A DNA stretch of 64,000 nucleotides from a virus (Duplodnaviria; Caudoviricetes): IMG/VR virus record IMGVR_UViG_3300029825_000006, positions 2,646-66,645 of that record; one strand, written 5' to 3'. The notes under the pieces were generated by a model. That model saw only the letters and a program-made list of their open reading frames with translations, made no database searches and had not been told where the DNA came from. Made by a program: the position numbers and the translations under genes. Shown one piece after another: positions 44,851 through 55,893 of the stretch; position 1 is the first letter of the stretch, and the number at the start of each line of letters is the position of its first letter.

Positions 44851-46116
44851 ATGCAATCATCAAATTATTTAGGTCTTATTACATTTAATGCAAATGGAAT
44901 TGTCGTTGCAAATTATCAACAAGTTAGAGCAGTAATAACGCAACAATTTAAAAGCATTTATGGAAGTGATATTGATTTATCTAGTAATACTGCAGATGGA
45001 ATTTACATCGAAACATTAAGTTTATTAATAAATAATATGTTGCAAACTATAAAAACGATGTATTCAAATCTAGATGTTAGAACAGCAAATGGAAAATATT
45101 TGGACACTCTGTGTGCATTAACAAATATTACAAGACGTCAAGCAACAAAAAGTTCAGTATATGTTACAATTACTGGTTTAGACTCAAACTTTACATTTGG
45201 TCCTGGAAATCAATTAGTATTATTAGATAAAAATGGAACAACTTGGACATGTGACGTATTTACAACAAATTTAAATGGTGAGGCTACAGTATTAACATTT
45301 TGTGATGAATATGGTCCTGTTTCTGCTCCAGTTGGTTGGATATATACAACAGTCGAAGTTTTAGGAAATGTAACAATTACAATGAATGGTGACGCAATTC
45401 TAGGTTCATTTATCGAAAGTGATAGTGAATTAAGGTCTAGAAGAGATAATGTTTTATCAATGAAAAGTTCAACTGTTTTAGAAGGACTAGTTGCGTCATT
45501 ATTAAACATTTCAGGAATTGAAGATTGTAAAATTTATAATAATGATACTGCTGCATCAATTACAGCAAAAGATGGAACTATTATAAATAAATCAAATATA
45601 TATATTATCTTAAGAAAAACTCAAAATATACCAATCGAAGATAGTATGATTGGTTCGATTATTTATAGTAAAAAGACTCCTGGTGTTCATACTACAGAAA
45701 CTACTGATTTAACTGGTACATTAAAAAGTTATAACTATCCGAACTCTTTAGGAGTAACTCAAACAATTCATTGGAAAGAATGTGTTAGAATTAACCCAAC
45801 AATAGTTGTTAAAGTTCAACCATCAGAATATTTTGTTAGTGGAGATAATGCATCTTCTACAAGTATAAAAATTGCAAATGATGTTATTAAATTTGCTAAT
45901 GGTTTAAGAATTTCTGAAAATATAAATATGTTTGAACTGCAATCTGTAATACATTTTGCTGACCCAAAATATAGAGGACTTTCGACATACACACTAAATT
46001 CTGTTACAATAGATGCTCTTAATACAAATTATATTAATAAAGATACTTCATTTAATTATACAAATATTGTAATAACAGGTTCTGCTCCTGGAGAAATAAC
46101 TATTACTATATCATAA
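44851..46116 (+). CDS. Baseplate J-like protein
   Basis: YGSDIDLSSNTADG, A.GKYLD.LC, ESDSELRSRR, LLNISGIEDCKIYNN. Confidence 0.88.
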   Translation: MQSSNYLGLITFNANGIVVANYQQVRAVITQQFKSIYGSDIDLSSNTADGIYIETLSLLINNMLQTIKTMYSNLDVRTANGKYLDTLCALTNITRRQATKSSVYVTITGLDSNFTFGPGNQLVLLDKNGTTWTCDVFTTNLNGEATVLTFCDEYGPVSAPVGWIYTTVEVLGNVTITMNGDAILGSFIESDSELRSRRDNVLSMKSSTVLEGLVASLLNISGIEDCKIYNNDTAASITAKDGTIINKSNIYIILRKTQNIPIEDSMIGSIIYSKKTPGVHTTETTDLTGTLKSYNYPNSLGVTQTIHWKECVRINPTIVVKVQPSEYFVSGDNASSTSIKIANDVIKFANGLRISENINMFELQSVIHFADPKYRGLSTYTLNSVTIDALNTNYINKDTSFNYTNIVITGSAPGEITITIS

Positions 46117-46424
46117 TGAAAAAAATAAAAAAGTTATTATTAAAATGTATTGATTGGGCTAAACCTTACTTTACTTGGAAAATGTTACCTTGTTTAATTC
46201 TTGCTTGGATAATTACAAATGGATGGGCTTATATATTTATTATCTTAGGCTCTAAACTAGGAATAAATTGGATGACAATCGCTGGTACAACTTGGGCTAC
46301 AATATTATGGATGCCTTGGACATTAGAAAAACCTTTAGTGACAATTCCACTTTCATTATTATTTTATAGATTAATCTATCGAAAAAAATTTGTAAAAAAG
46401 GAGGTCGATAAAAATGATAATTGA
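46116..46424 (+). CDS. Small membrane protein
   Basis: Trp-rich hydrophobic helices; WMPWTLEK. Confidence 0.6.
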   Translation: MKKIKKLLLKCIDWAKPYFTWKMLPCLILAWIITNGWAYIFIILGSKLGINWMTIAGTTWATILWMPWTLEKPLVTIPLSLLFYRLIYRKKFVKKEVDKNDN

Positions 46425-47016
46425 TAAATTAAAACAAAAAGAATATTATTTAAGTAAACTAACATTGTTTATGAGAAATTCATATGGAATTGAAGAACAA
46501 TTTACAATATTTTGGAAACTATTAATCGATATTGATAGTTCAATCGATGATATATTTGATGCTCTGACATTGTTAAAAGATATAGATGTCGATGATACTT
46601 TAGATAAATTAGCAGAATTGGTCGGTTCGAAACGTCAATTAGATGTTGTATATGAAATCAATTTGACTCCTACTAGATTTACTCTTAATTTAACGAATAA
46701 AGAACTTCTTCGATCGATTAAAACAAGAATTCTACAAAATAATTACTTTGGAACGTATCAAGAATTTGTAGATAATTATCAAAAAATTGGTTTTAAAGTA
46801 TTAATCTATGATAATGTAAATCCTAACACTGTATCAATTGTTTTAAATGATAGTACAAGTTTAACTGAAAATGATAGACATATGTTTTTATCAGGAAATT
46901 ATACAATTCGTTCAATGGGAATTGAGTATATTCATTTTATTCAATCGATTGAACTTCTGGGAGTATGGAATAACTTAACAAGTACTTATGACTCTAATAC
47001 TCAATGGGGTGAATAA
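46414..47016 (+). CDS. Baseplate wedge protein (DUF2612/gpI-like)
   Basis: LDKLAELVG..R, L....L...IK.RIL.N...GT. Confidence 0.7.
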   Translation: MIIDKLKQKEYYLSKLTLFMRNSYGIEEQFTIFWKLLIDIDSSIDDIFDALTLLKDIDVDDTLDKLAELVGSKRQLDVVYEINLTPTRFTLNLTNKELLRSIKTRILQNNYFGTYQEFVDNYQKIGFKVLIYDNVNPNTVSIVLNDSTSLTENDRHMFLSGNYTIRSMGIEYIHFIQSIELLGVWNNLTSTYDSNTQWGE

Positions 47017-47018
47017 AT

Positions 47019-47450
47019 ATGAGATGTAGAAAAATTCATTTTGAAAGAAATGGTGGAAATATTTTATCTAGAACAATAGTTTGGTTTGGCTCATATGGTT
47101 TAACGCAAGATGGCAAGGCGAAATTTTATTCGGAAGATAAATCAAGTTATAGTGTTGGAACTCAGGCTGTTTCAGACTCATTAATGCAAAGATTAAATGT
47201 TTTACAAGGGGAATTATGGTACAATGTTAACGAAGGAATTCCGTTATGGGATAATCATCGTAATACTTTAGTATTAGATACATATATAACGTCAACGATT
47301 TTAAAACATCCTGATGTTGTATCAATTACTGAATTTAATTCAAAAATAACTAAAGTTGAAAAAGAAAACTATTCGATGTATAGTGCAAATATTAAAATCG
47401 CTTCTAAATATGGTTCTGTAGATATAAATATTTCGCAAAACATATCATAG
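47019..47450 (+). CDS. Baseplate gp25-like / sheath initiator
   Basis: QRLNVLQGELWYNVNEGIP...ILKHPDVVSITEF. Confidence 0.75.
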   Translation: MRCRKIHFERNGGNILSRTIVWFGSYGLTQDGKAKFYSEDKSSYSVGTQAVSDSLMQRLNVLQGELWYNVNEGIPLWDNHRNTLVLDTYITSTILKHPDVVSITEFNSKITKVEKENYSMYSANIKIASKYGSVDINISQNIS

Positions 47451-47457
47451 AAGTTAA

Positions 47458-47522
47458 TTCTGAGAACTTTATCTTTTTATTGATTAAGGAATATTAATAA
47501 AGATTTTATAAGGTTCTCAGAG
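47458..47522. repeat. F1 hairpin element, copy C
   Basis: TCTGAGAACTTTAT...TTAAGGAATATTAA...ATAAGGTTCTCAGA. Confidence 0.85.
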
Positions 47523-47546
47523 AATATTAAAGTAAGGAGAAGTTAT

Positions 47547-48653
47547 ATGAAAGTATTAATTACTGAAAAATTAAGTAAGCATAGGTACAAAACATCTGAA
47601 GGTTATCTAATTTGTGTCGACGCTATACTTGCAAGAACGGGTAAACAAACTTATAAACATAATCAAGTTTATAAAGACTCTGATGATGAATTTACTGATG
47701 TTGAAGTTAATCGTAGAGCAGAAGAAGTATTTTCACCTAAAGCAATCGCATCTTTTGAAAATAAACCTATAACGATTCAACATCCTGATGTCGCTGTAGA
47801 TATTACAAATCATAAAGATTTATCTGTAGGATTTGTAAGAGATGTTAGAAAAGCATCATTTGAAGGTAAAGATGTTTTAGTTGGAAATCTTGTTATTACA
47901 GATAGTGATGCTATTGAAAAAATTGAAGATGGTTTAGAATATTTAAGTTGCGGGTATGATTGCGATATAAGTCAAGACTCTCATCCAGAACAAACTAACA
48001 TTAGAGGAAATCATGTTGCATTATGCGAAAATCCTAGAGCAGGTATTACAAAAATTTTAGATAGTGAAATAAGTAAAAGTAAAGAAAACATATCAATTGT
48101 TAATATTTTAACTGATGCATTAGATAGTTTCGTAACAGATGAGCAATTCATATTTGAAACTCCAGAATATCCTAGAGATAGTAAAGAATGGCTTTTATGG
48201 ATGGCAGATGATTTAAATTTAAAAACAATTAAAGTAAAAGTTAAAGAATTATATAAAGATGATAAAGTATATATCGAAGGAAATTCACAAGAAGTTAAAA
48301 AATTGATTGCAGAATATAATGCATTATATCCAAATAGAAAATTAGTTAGAACAACTTCAACTGAAGTAAATCGTAATCGAATTTATAATAAAGGATACAT
48401 TTTAGCAGATATGTTAACGATGGCTTTAGATGAACAAAATAAAATTAAAGGCGGTTTGGCAGATAAAATGACAGTTGAAGAAATTGCTGAAAAACATCAT
48501 GTAGAAAAAGAAGTTATTGCAAAGCAACTTATCAAAGGTATTGAAGTTGAATTTGAACATACTCACGATAGAGATAAAGCAAAAGAAATTGCTATGGACC
48601 ATTTAGTTGAAATGTATGATTATTATGATAAGTTAGAAAAAATGGAAAATTAA
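47547..48653 (+). CDS. DUF2213-family prohead protease with C-terminal cargo domains including a DUF5661-like domain
   Basis: TSEGYLIC...[27 protein letters not shown]...RAG; C-terminal [11 protein letters not shown]...A.EIAMDHL.E..DYY.KL. Confidence 0.88.
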   Translation: MKVLITEKLSKHRYKTSEGYLICVDAILARTGKQTYKHNQVYKDSDDEFTDVEVNRRAEEVFSPKAIASFENKPITIQHPDVAVDITNHKDLSVGFVRDVRKASFEGKDVLVGNLVITDSDAIEKIEDGLEYLSCGYDCDISQDSHPEQTNIRGNHVALCENPRAGITKILDSEISKSKENISIVNILTDALDSFVTDEQFIFETPEYPRDSKEWLLWMADDLNLKTIKVKVKELYKDDKVYIEGNSQEVKKLIAEYNALYPNRKLVRTTSTEVNRNRIYNKGYILADMLTMALDEQNKIKGGLADKMTVEEIAEKHHVEKEVIAKQLIKGIEVEFEHTHDRDKAKEIAMDHLVEMYDYYDKLEKMEN

Positions 48654-48665
48654 GTGGGTGATTAA

Positions 48666-49841
48666 ATGGACAATCAACAAATTGATATTCGTGATGTTTC
48701 TATAGAAAAAGTTAAAAGTGCTAAAACTCATACAGTAAGTTGGTTAAAACGATATGGTTATTGGGCAATGATAATTGTCTTATTTGTTTTAGGAATATTC
48801 TTATCTTTAATTACTATAGGAGATGTTTATCAAAGAACTGACTTAACTGAAGAAGAGGTTTATCAAAAATATATTTCTTCAGGTCATATTATGACTGAAC
48901 GAGATATGATAATTGTTAAAGATATTATTATGGAAGCATATTCAAAAGATGAAGTTATTGATTTTAATGAATATGAGAGATTTGTAAAGAATATACAAAC
49001 ATATAATTATGAAGAAGTTAGATTTGACTCATTATCATTTTATATTTATACGAAAGAAGCACAAGAATTTATTAATTTTAGAACTTTATCTAAATGGAGA
49101 ATAATGTTAGTCGCAGTAAATTCTATTTTAGGAATTTTGGCAACAATAACATTTATGCAAACTGGAATTCAAGATGCTTTAAATACTAAAAAATTAAAAG
49201 ATGGCAAAAAAGACTTAACACAAGCAAGTATGGACGCTTCAAAATATAGATTAAAAGGTGAAGAATATTTCTCAAAATTATATAAAAATCAATTGGAGTC
49301 TGTTAGAAGAAATGAATTGTCTGTTGCAGGACTAATATATGAAGATTATTTTGATAAAGATGGGCGATATATTGAAGGAAAGTATGCAGAGCCTATTCAA
49401 AATGTATTAAATGAAGCATTAAAATTAAGAGTAGTTCAATTATCATTTGATGTATTAGCAACAAGTATTACTGCAAATAATAAAGATGTGAATAATTTTA
49501 ATGGAATTAATCAATATAAATCAAAAGTTGCTAGAAAATCAATTATTATGAAGACAATTTCTATAATATTTGTATCATTTATCAGTATTTCGTTAATTGT
49601 TAGTGCTCAAAGTGCGTATCAAGCATTTATGAATATTATATCGATAATATTAATGTTTACAGCAGGTTTCTTAGAATATTTAAATGCATATGCTTATATT
49701 ATAGATGATTATTCAGAAACATTGTCATCAAAAGAAAGACATTTACGTTCCTTTATTTCTTGGTGTGAATTACCAAAAGCGTCTGTTATAAGTGATGAAC
49801 AAATTAAAGTTAAGGGAGGTGGCTCACCTAGTGAATTATAA
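48666..49841 (+). CDS. Multi-pass membrane protein
   Basis: About four hydrophobic segments separated by large soluble domains. Confidence 0.7.
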   Translation: MDNQQIDIRDVSIEKVKSAKTHTVSWLKRYGYWAMIIVLFVLGIFLSLITIGDVYQRTDLTEEEVYQKYISSGHIMTERDMIIVKDIIMEAYSKDEVIDFNEYERFVKNIQTYNYEEVRFDSLSFYIYTKEAQEFINFRTLSKWRIMLVAVNSILGILATITFMQTGIQDALNTKKLKDGKKDLTQASMDASKYRLKGEEYFSKLYKNQLESVRRNELSVAGLIYEDYFDKDGRYIEGKYAEPIQNVLNEALKLRVVQLSFDVLATSITANNKDVNNFNGINQYKSKVARKSIIMKTISIIFVSFISISLIVSAQSAYQAFMNIISIILMFTAGFLEYLNAYAYIIDDYSETLSSKERHLRSFISWCELPKASVISDEQIKVKGGGSPSEL

Positions 49842-52800
49842 TCGAAATGATTTATTAGATGTTATTGGAAATGCACCAAAACTATTATACACATATAGAG
49901 GCGATATTCTTTCAACAATATTTGATATTAGTAATTATGTATTAGAAGTTGATACAGTATTATTTGTTTGCGAAGGTTTATCAACACCAATAGAATTAGT
50001 AGAAATATCTCAAAATAAATGGCAATTAACTTTATCTAGAGCGCAAACAACAATGATGGTTCCACAAAATTATAAATTTTCGATTAATGTTAGATATATC
50101 GATTTAACTGAAGAAACATTATATAATGGTACTTTAGAAATTTATAGCAAAGCAAATACTAATAATTCAAATCTTCATTATCAATCTACATTTTTAGAAG
50201 AACGTGCACCAATAAATACTGATAATACGTATTTAATTGGAAGTCTTTGGATTGATACTATTAAAAATAATGCATATATTTTATCTTCGATTGATGCTAA
50301 CAATAATGCAAATTGGGTATCACTATTTATTGGAGAAGTATTTGATAATATAGAACAATTAACTATTGCGCTTAATTCTTTTACAGATAAATTTAATTTA
50401 GATTTATCTCAACTGGATACAAAAATAGATAATGTTGAAATAAATATAAATAATAATTTAAATACTTTCAAAACTAATACTGTAAATAATATTGTCAGTT
50501 TAAACAAAAGAATTGATGACGAAACAATTAGATTCGAATATTATAATTTAATCTCAGAATTTCCGACAATAGGTATAGAAAATGTAATTTATGTTGTAAA
50601 ACCTTCTTTAGAGGAAGACGATTACTTATTATATTATTATAATAAAGATATAAATAAATATGTAGAATTTGGTTCATCTAGTAAAAAGAATATTCCATTA
50701 TTTGAAACTTTAGAAGAAGTGAACGTAAAAATTGGAGAATATTTCTTACTTAAAACTAACACAAATGTTGTACAATTTATGCAAAAAACTTCAGATACGC
50801 AAATCGTTGATATTCATTATAACGTAGATGCAAATTATGTAATTGAAAATTCTAACAAATTATTTATGCTAGAAACTGAAAGAAATAAATTATCAAATAT
50901 TGAAAGCGGTTCGCAAGTAAATAAACTTGAAGGAATTCAAATTGATGGTACAGATAAACAAATTACTAATAAAATTATAAATATTACGAAACAAGATATT
51001 GAAACTACTATTAAAAAAGGTAGTCCTAATGGGGTTGCAGAATTAGATACAGAAGGTTTTGTGCCATCGAGTCAATTACCAAGTTTTGTAGACGATGTAT
51101 TAGAATTTGATACACTTATTAATTTTCCAATTACTGGTGAAAGCGGAAAGATTTATGTTGCTTTAGACAATCACTTGGCATATCGTTGGGGTGGAACAAC
51201 TTATAATGAGATAAGTCCATCAATTGCACTAGGAGAAACATTTTCTACAGCCTATCCTGGAAATAAAGGTAAATTAAATGCTGAAAATATTGCTTTATTA
51301 GATGATAAAATTAGTAATTACGAAACAAATACTGATGATACATTGACTGGAATAACGACAAATATTAGTAATATATTAAATATAGAATTACCTAAAAAAG
51401 TTGATAAAACGATAATATTACCATTAAACACTGACTTAAATAACATAGTTGAAAGTGGTTTTTATACAATTATGTCAAGTCCTATAAATGCGCCAGAGTT
51501 TGCTAATTATAGTCAAATGATAGTTTCGAGAGGTAATGATACTATTATACAAATTGTATTTATATATAGTACTAAAAAAATGTTTTATCGTACAGGTAAT
51601 ATAACAACATTTATTAACGATGATTGGCATGAAGTATCAAAAGATTTGGCAGATTGGACTAAAACTCCATTAAAACCAACATATACTGCTAGTGAAGTTG
51701 GTGCAATTACACCTATTGAAGTCGATACTAAAATTAGTGATATTAAAATTGGTGGAAGAAATTTAATTTTAAATACTTCTGCATCAAGAACTAAAAGTTC
51801 TTCTGGATGGGTCGCTAATGATTGGTTTTTATCAGATGTAATGAAAAGTGGTACGTTTATGTTATCATTTAAATACGATTGTGATGTTTCTAATGATGTT
51901 GGTTTTAGTTTAGGAACTGACGGTATATGGGATAATACTTATGAATTATTAGTAAATCTTCCAGCCGGTAATAATATGTATTTTTCATCCCCTATTACTT
52001 TTGTAAGAGATACTCAAAATTCTTTTGCTTTTTATACTAATAACGTAATAACGATATACGATTTAAAACTTGAAATTGGTAATAAATCTACTGACTGGTC
52101 GCCCGCTCCTGAAGATAAACAAAATACATTAATCTCAGGAATAAATATTAAGACATTGGCTATGACATCATTGTTAGGTAATGGAAATTTAACTTTAGAA
52201 AGTTTAGGAATTGCAGATAGAGTACATTTACATGATAATTATTTACAATTATCTGGCGGAACTTTAACTGGTAATTTAAAAACGACAACTCTTTCTAATA
52301 CATATAATGTTCAAAATGTTTATAGATTTTTTATAAGTGACACTCCAGTTGAAACAGTTATCTATACTGGTATAAAATATTTATCGGCAACACATATGCC
52401 TGTCGTACGTATATATGGATACGCTTATGGAATGCAAAGTCCGATAGAATTAAAAATAGGTTTCTATATTTTCGATGGAATTCTTGGTTGGTCTGGTGCA
52501 ATTAGTATGGGTTCTTGGAGACCAGAAATATATTTATATAAGTATAATTCTGGAGGTATAGATTATGTCGCTATAGGATTGAACGGTTCAGTATATTATC
52601 TAGGTTTTCAAGTTGATGTACAATTAGCAAATAATGGGAGTTTTGGAAATACTGTAATGATTGACAATTGGTCGTCATCATATAAAATTAAAGCGCAAGT
52701 CGACATTGGTGATACTTTAATTCCAGCAATAGGAACTTCAAATTGTATACGAGTTTTTTATAAATCGACCATAACTATTGATGATATACCATCTTTACCA

Positions 52801-53817
52801 ATCTCTCAAATTACAAATTTACAATCAAATTTGAATTTAAAAGCACCGTTGGCAAGTCCAGTTTTTACAGGTATTCCTAAAATAAATGCAGACGATATTG
52901 CAACGACAATTTATGTTGATAATAAAGTTGCAGGAATAGTTAATTCTGCTCCAGAGACTTTAGATACATTAAATGAATTGTCTATTGCTCTAGGAAATGA
53001 CCCTAATTTTGCAACAACTATGAGTACAGAATTGGGTAAAAAAGCAACAACAGTATATGTTAACGATGAACTTGCTAAAAAGGCAAATCTGGTTCATAGT
53101 CATAATTCTCTCTTGGCTATAGATAATAGATTAATTAAGCCTATAGATTTTGTAGATATGAAAAGACAATTATTATTATATTTTACATCAATGGGAGGTT
53201 TATTAACTCCTTCAGGAAATACAGATTATCAGGACCTATTAATTTTAAATACTTATTCTGATGCAACCGGAGGAAAAATTAATGCTCTAAGTTTTGATAA
53301 ATCTGAAAGTAAAATTACTCATATTCAAGCAAATATTGGTGCAGAAGAATGGGATGCAAACCCTAAAGTATTAGCATATACATCAGATATAACTAATCCT
53401 AAACAACTAAAAATAAATTATCGAGGACAATCATATATATATGATGGCTCTGTAGAAAGTGAATATACTTTTGACTTTGACCATGGTCACACAGAGGAAG
53501 ATACAAGATTATCTCTTGTGACAATAACTGATTTAAATGCATCTAGTAATACATATCCAAATGGTAAAACAATACTAATGAATAATACTACTGCGAGTGT
53601 AAAGACATTTACAATTGATGAAGGTGGAACACACATTGTTGGCACTGAACTAACAATAATAAGAACTGGAACGGGTGAAGTAGAAATTGTTGCTGGAACA
53701 AATGTTACTATTAATTCGTTCGATAATATGAAATTTATAAACGGTCAATATCAAGCAGTAACGTTAATTAAAACTGCACCAAATAATTGGTTATTGATAG
53801 GAGCGTTGAAACCATGA
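49831..53817 (+). CDS. Large mosaic tail fibre / receptor-binding protein (likely GTG start at 49831)
   Basis: Modules GVAELD..G.VPSSQLP, DLNNIVESGFY, IKIGGRNL...KLEIGNKSTDWSPAPED, KAPLASPVFTG...APETLDTLNEL..ALGNDPNFATT. Confidence 0.85.
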   Translation: MNYNRNDLLDVIGNAPKLLYTYRGDILSTIFDISNYVLEVDTVLFVCEGLSTPIELVEISQNKWQLTLSRAQTTMMVPQNYKFSINVRYIDLTEETLYNGTLEIYSKANTNNSNLHYQSTFLEERAPINTDNTYLIGSLWIDTIKNNAYILSSIDANNNANWVSLFIGEVFDNIEQLTIALNSFTDKFNLDLSQLDTKIDNVEININNNLNTFKTNTVNNIVSLNKRIDDETIRFEYYNLISEFPTIGIENVIYVVKPSLEEDDYLLYYYNKDINKYVEFGSSSKKNIPLFETLEEVNVKIGEYFLLKTNTNVVQFMQKTSDTQIVDIHYNVDANYVIENSNKLFMLETERNKLSNIESGSQVNKLEGIQIDGTDKQITNKIINITKQDIETTIKKGSPNGVAELDTEGFVPSSQLPSFVDDVLEFDTLINFPITGESGKIYVALDNHLAYRWGGTTYNEISPSIALGETFSTAYPGNKGKLNAENIALLDDKISNYETNTDDTLTGITTNISNILNIELPKKVDKTIILPLNTDLNNIVESGFYTIMSSPINAPEFANYSQMIVSRGNDTIIQIVFIYSTKKMFYRTGNITTFINDDWHEVSKDLADWTKTPLKPTYTASEVGAITPIEVDTKISDIKIGGRNLILNTSASRTKSSSGWVANDWFLSDVMKSGTFMLSFKYDCDVSNDVGFSLGTDGIWDNTYELLVNLPAGNNMYFSSPITFVRDTQNSFAFYTNNVITIYDLKLEIGNKSTDWSPAPEDKQNTLISGINIKTLAMTSLLGNGNLTLESLGIADRVHLHDNYLQLSGGTLTGNLKTTTLSNTYNVQNVYRFFISDTPVETVIYTGIKYLSATHMPVVRIYGYAYGMQSPIELKIGFYIFDGILGWSGAISMGSWRPEIYLYKYNSGGIDYVAIGLNGSVYYLGFQVDVQLANNGSFGNTVMIDNWSSSYKIKAQVDIGDTLIPAIGTSNCIRVFYKSTITIDDIPSLPISQITNLQSNLNLKAPLASPVFTGIPKINADDIATTIYVDNKVAGIVNSAPETLDTLNELSIALGNDPNFATTMSTELGKKATTVYVNDELAKKANLVHSHNSLLAIDNRLIKPIDFVDMKRQLLLYFTSMGGLLTPSGNTDYQDLLILNTYSDATGGKINALSFDKSESKITHIQANIGAEEWDANPKVLAYTSDITNPKQLKINYRGQSYIYDGSVESEYTFDFDHGHTEEDTRLSLVTITDLNASSNTYPNGKTILMNNTTASVKTFTIDEGGTHIVGTELTIIRTGTGEVEIVAGTNVTINSFDNMKFINGQYQAVTLIKTAPNNWLLIGALKP

Positions 53818-55250
53818 GTTGGCTAGTAGGAGTAATTGCAAATCAAACAATTTATGCGTCTAGTAACCCAACTGTGGTAGTCCAGCAAGCACAAGCAAAA
53901 GGCGAAGCAAGGTTTTTAATTACTAATAAAAATAAAAAAACATCAATGATTTATTATCGTAAAGTCGGAGATGCATTATGGAACCCAGTATCGTTGGAAT
54001 ATAATGAAACTAGATTGGCAACTTTTAATGGCACAGCAGGAGTTAGTATTTCACTAGAATGTTATGCTCAGGCTCCTGCTGAAAAGCCTAGTGATTTAAT
54101 TACTATTACGACGCAATATTATCAACCACGTATTACAACTAAACCGACTGTTGAATTTGTTTCAGTAAATACACCAGGATATGCGCAATTTAAAATTACT
54201 AATAATGATTTTGATAATGTCGAAATATTTTATAGCGTTAATGGTGGTAGTAGTTGGGTTGGAGGAAATTATGTGTCAAGTGGTGGTAAATTAGAGCCAA
54301 TGCTGCAAGGCACACCAAATTCAACAATAACTTTAGAAGCATATGCAGTTGCAATAAGTGATATAAGCGACCCATCCGAAATAGTGTCAGCAACAGGTAC
54401 ATATGGTGATATGTATATTGCAAATGCGCCAGCAATATCAGTATTAACTGGTACACCAATAGAGGGGCAAGCAAGATTTGCGATTCAAAATATGGATAAC
54501 AGTGAAGGATTTTTGTATTATAATGTTGATAATGGCAGTTGGAATGAAGCAATTGTTGGTATATATAGTGCTATTGAAATTACAATTACTGGTACACCAG
54601 GTACTAATTATATATTAAAAGCATTATATTCGACAAATGGTAAATATGATAGTAATATAACAATGTATAATGGTACATATTACATAAAACCACAAGCAAC
54701 TGAACCAACAATTACTAATGTTACGACAACAGTTGAAGGGCAAGCAAGATTTACGGTTAAAAATAATGAAGCAACTAGTGGAACCATTTACTATAAACAT
54801 AATGGTACGTTAACTTGGTCATCTACGTCAATAGGTAGTGGAGCAACGATTACGTTAAATTACACTGGTGTACCAGGTTCGTCAATTATTGCTGAAGTTT
54901 ATTATGCGACAAATGGCAAGCGAGATAGTGAAATTGCAACAGCAAATGGTATACATTATCAACTACCACCAAAAACTGCGACACCCGCAATTATGGCGGG
55001 ACCGCAATATTATAATGATATGGCTGGTATGATGGCAATAGATGTTGAGTTTGGTAATGCAGATGCATTGCCTGTAACTATATATTATAAACGTTCCACA
55101 ACTTCAACATGGACAAATGGTGGTACAGTACAACCAAATAATAGTATTATCGCGACTTATTTATTGACAACAAGTGGTATAATAGTACAAGCATATGCAG
55201 TAGCAACTGGAAAGTTAGATAGTGATATAAATCAAACGACAATTAATTAA
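53814..55250 (+). CDS. Adhesin-like protein with five Ig/FN3-like repeats
   Basis: Roughly 95-aa repeats P.I...G.ARF.I.N.....IYY; ATG at 53814 overlaps the fibre stop. Confidence 0.65.
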   Translation: MSWLVGVIANQTIYASSNPTVVVQQAQAKGEARFLITNKNKKTSMIYYRKVGDALWNPVSLEYNETRLATFNGTAGVSISLECYAQAPAEKPSDLITITTQYYQPRITTKPTVEFVSVNTPGYAQFKITNNDFDNVEIFYSVNGGSSWVGGNYVSSGGKLEPMLQGTPNSTITLEAYAVAISDISDPSEIVSATGTYGDMYIANAPAISVLTGTPIEGQARFAIQNMDNSEGFLYYNVDNGSWNEAIVGIYSAIEITITGTPGTNYILKALYSTNGKYDSNITMYNGTYYIKPQATEPTITNVTTTVEGQARFTVKNNEATSGTIYYKHNGTLTWSSTSIGSGATITLNYTGVPGSSIIAEVYYATNGKRDSEIATANGIHYQLPPKTATPAIMAGPQYYNDMAGMMAIDVEFGNADALPVTIYYKRSTTSTWTNGGTVQPNNSIIATYLLTTSGIIVQAYAVATGKLDSDINQTTIN

Positions 55251-55261
55251 AGGAGGAGCAA

Positions 55262-55732
55262 ATGTTAGAAGAAGAAATAAAATTAATTGAGACTTTAACA
55301 AATTATGTTATATTAATTGGTGTCGTTTCAAATGATACAAATAGAAAAAGTACTATTGCTAGTGTTGGTATAACAAATGCTGAACTAATGTTTATACATG
55401 AAAATGGTTCACCATTAAGAAATATTCCTGCTAGACCAGTATTAGAAAAAACAATTAAATGGGCAGAATTGAAATTTTTAGATGTTATTAACATTTGTAT
55501 TGAAGGAATTTTTAATGGTTGGCAAAAAAATGAAATTGAAAAAGAATTAAATAAATTATGTATGCGAATGGAAAAATATGCTAGACGACTAATATACGAT
55601 AACGACGGTCGTTTAGCATCAAACGCACCTAGTACAATAAAAAAGAAAGGATTTAATCATCCATTATTTGTTACAGGACAATTGGCTAGGAGTATTACAT
55701 GCACGTTATCGACAAAATTAAATCTAGAGTAA
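55262..55732 (+). CDS. Neck / tail-completion protein
   Basis: NAELMFIHENG....IPARP.L, NAPSTIKKKGFNHPL..TGQL..SI. Confidence 0.82.
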   Translation: MLEEEIKLIETLTNYVILIGVVSNDTNRKSTIASVGITNAELMFIHENGSPLRNIPARPVLEKTIKWAELKFLDVINICIEGIFNGWQKNEIEKELNKLCMRMEKYARRLIYDNDGRLASNAPSTIKKKGFNHPLFVTGQLARSITCTLSTKLNLE

Positions 55733-55796
55733 ACTTTTAAGTTTTATATAAATATTTATATTAATTAAACTTAAAAGTTTATCTAGAGTCAAATTT
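55723..55796. repeat. F2 hairpin element
   Basis: 15-bp inverted repeat TAAACTTTTAAGTTT plus TCTAGA; right end TCTAGAGTCAAATTT; core TATATAAATATTTATA. Confidence 0.75.
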
Positions 55797-55838
55797 GATG
55801 TCAATTTGGAAAAATTTGTAAATAAATTATAATAATTA

Positions 55839-55867
55839 TTTACATTTCGTTTCAAATATGATATAAT
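55839..55867 (+). promoter_or_regulatory. Sigma-A-type promoter for the capsid operon
   Basis: TTTACA-17-TATAAT with TG; the -35 lies in a short inverted repeat. Confidence 0.75.
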
Positions 55868-55893
55868 ATAATTATAATAGGAGGAGGAATTCT

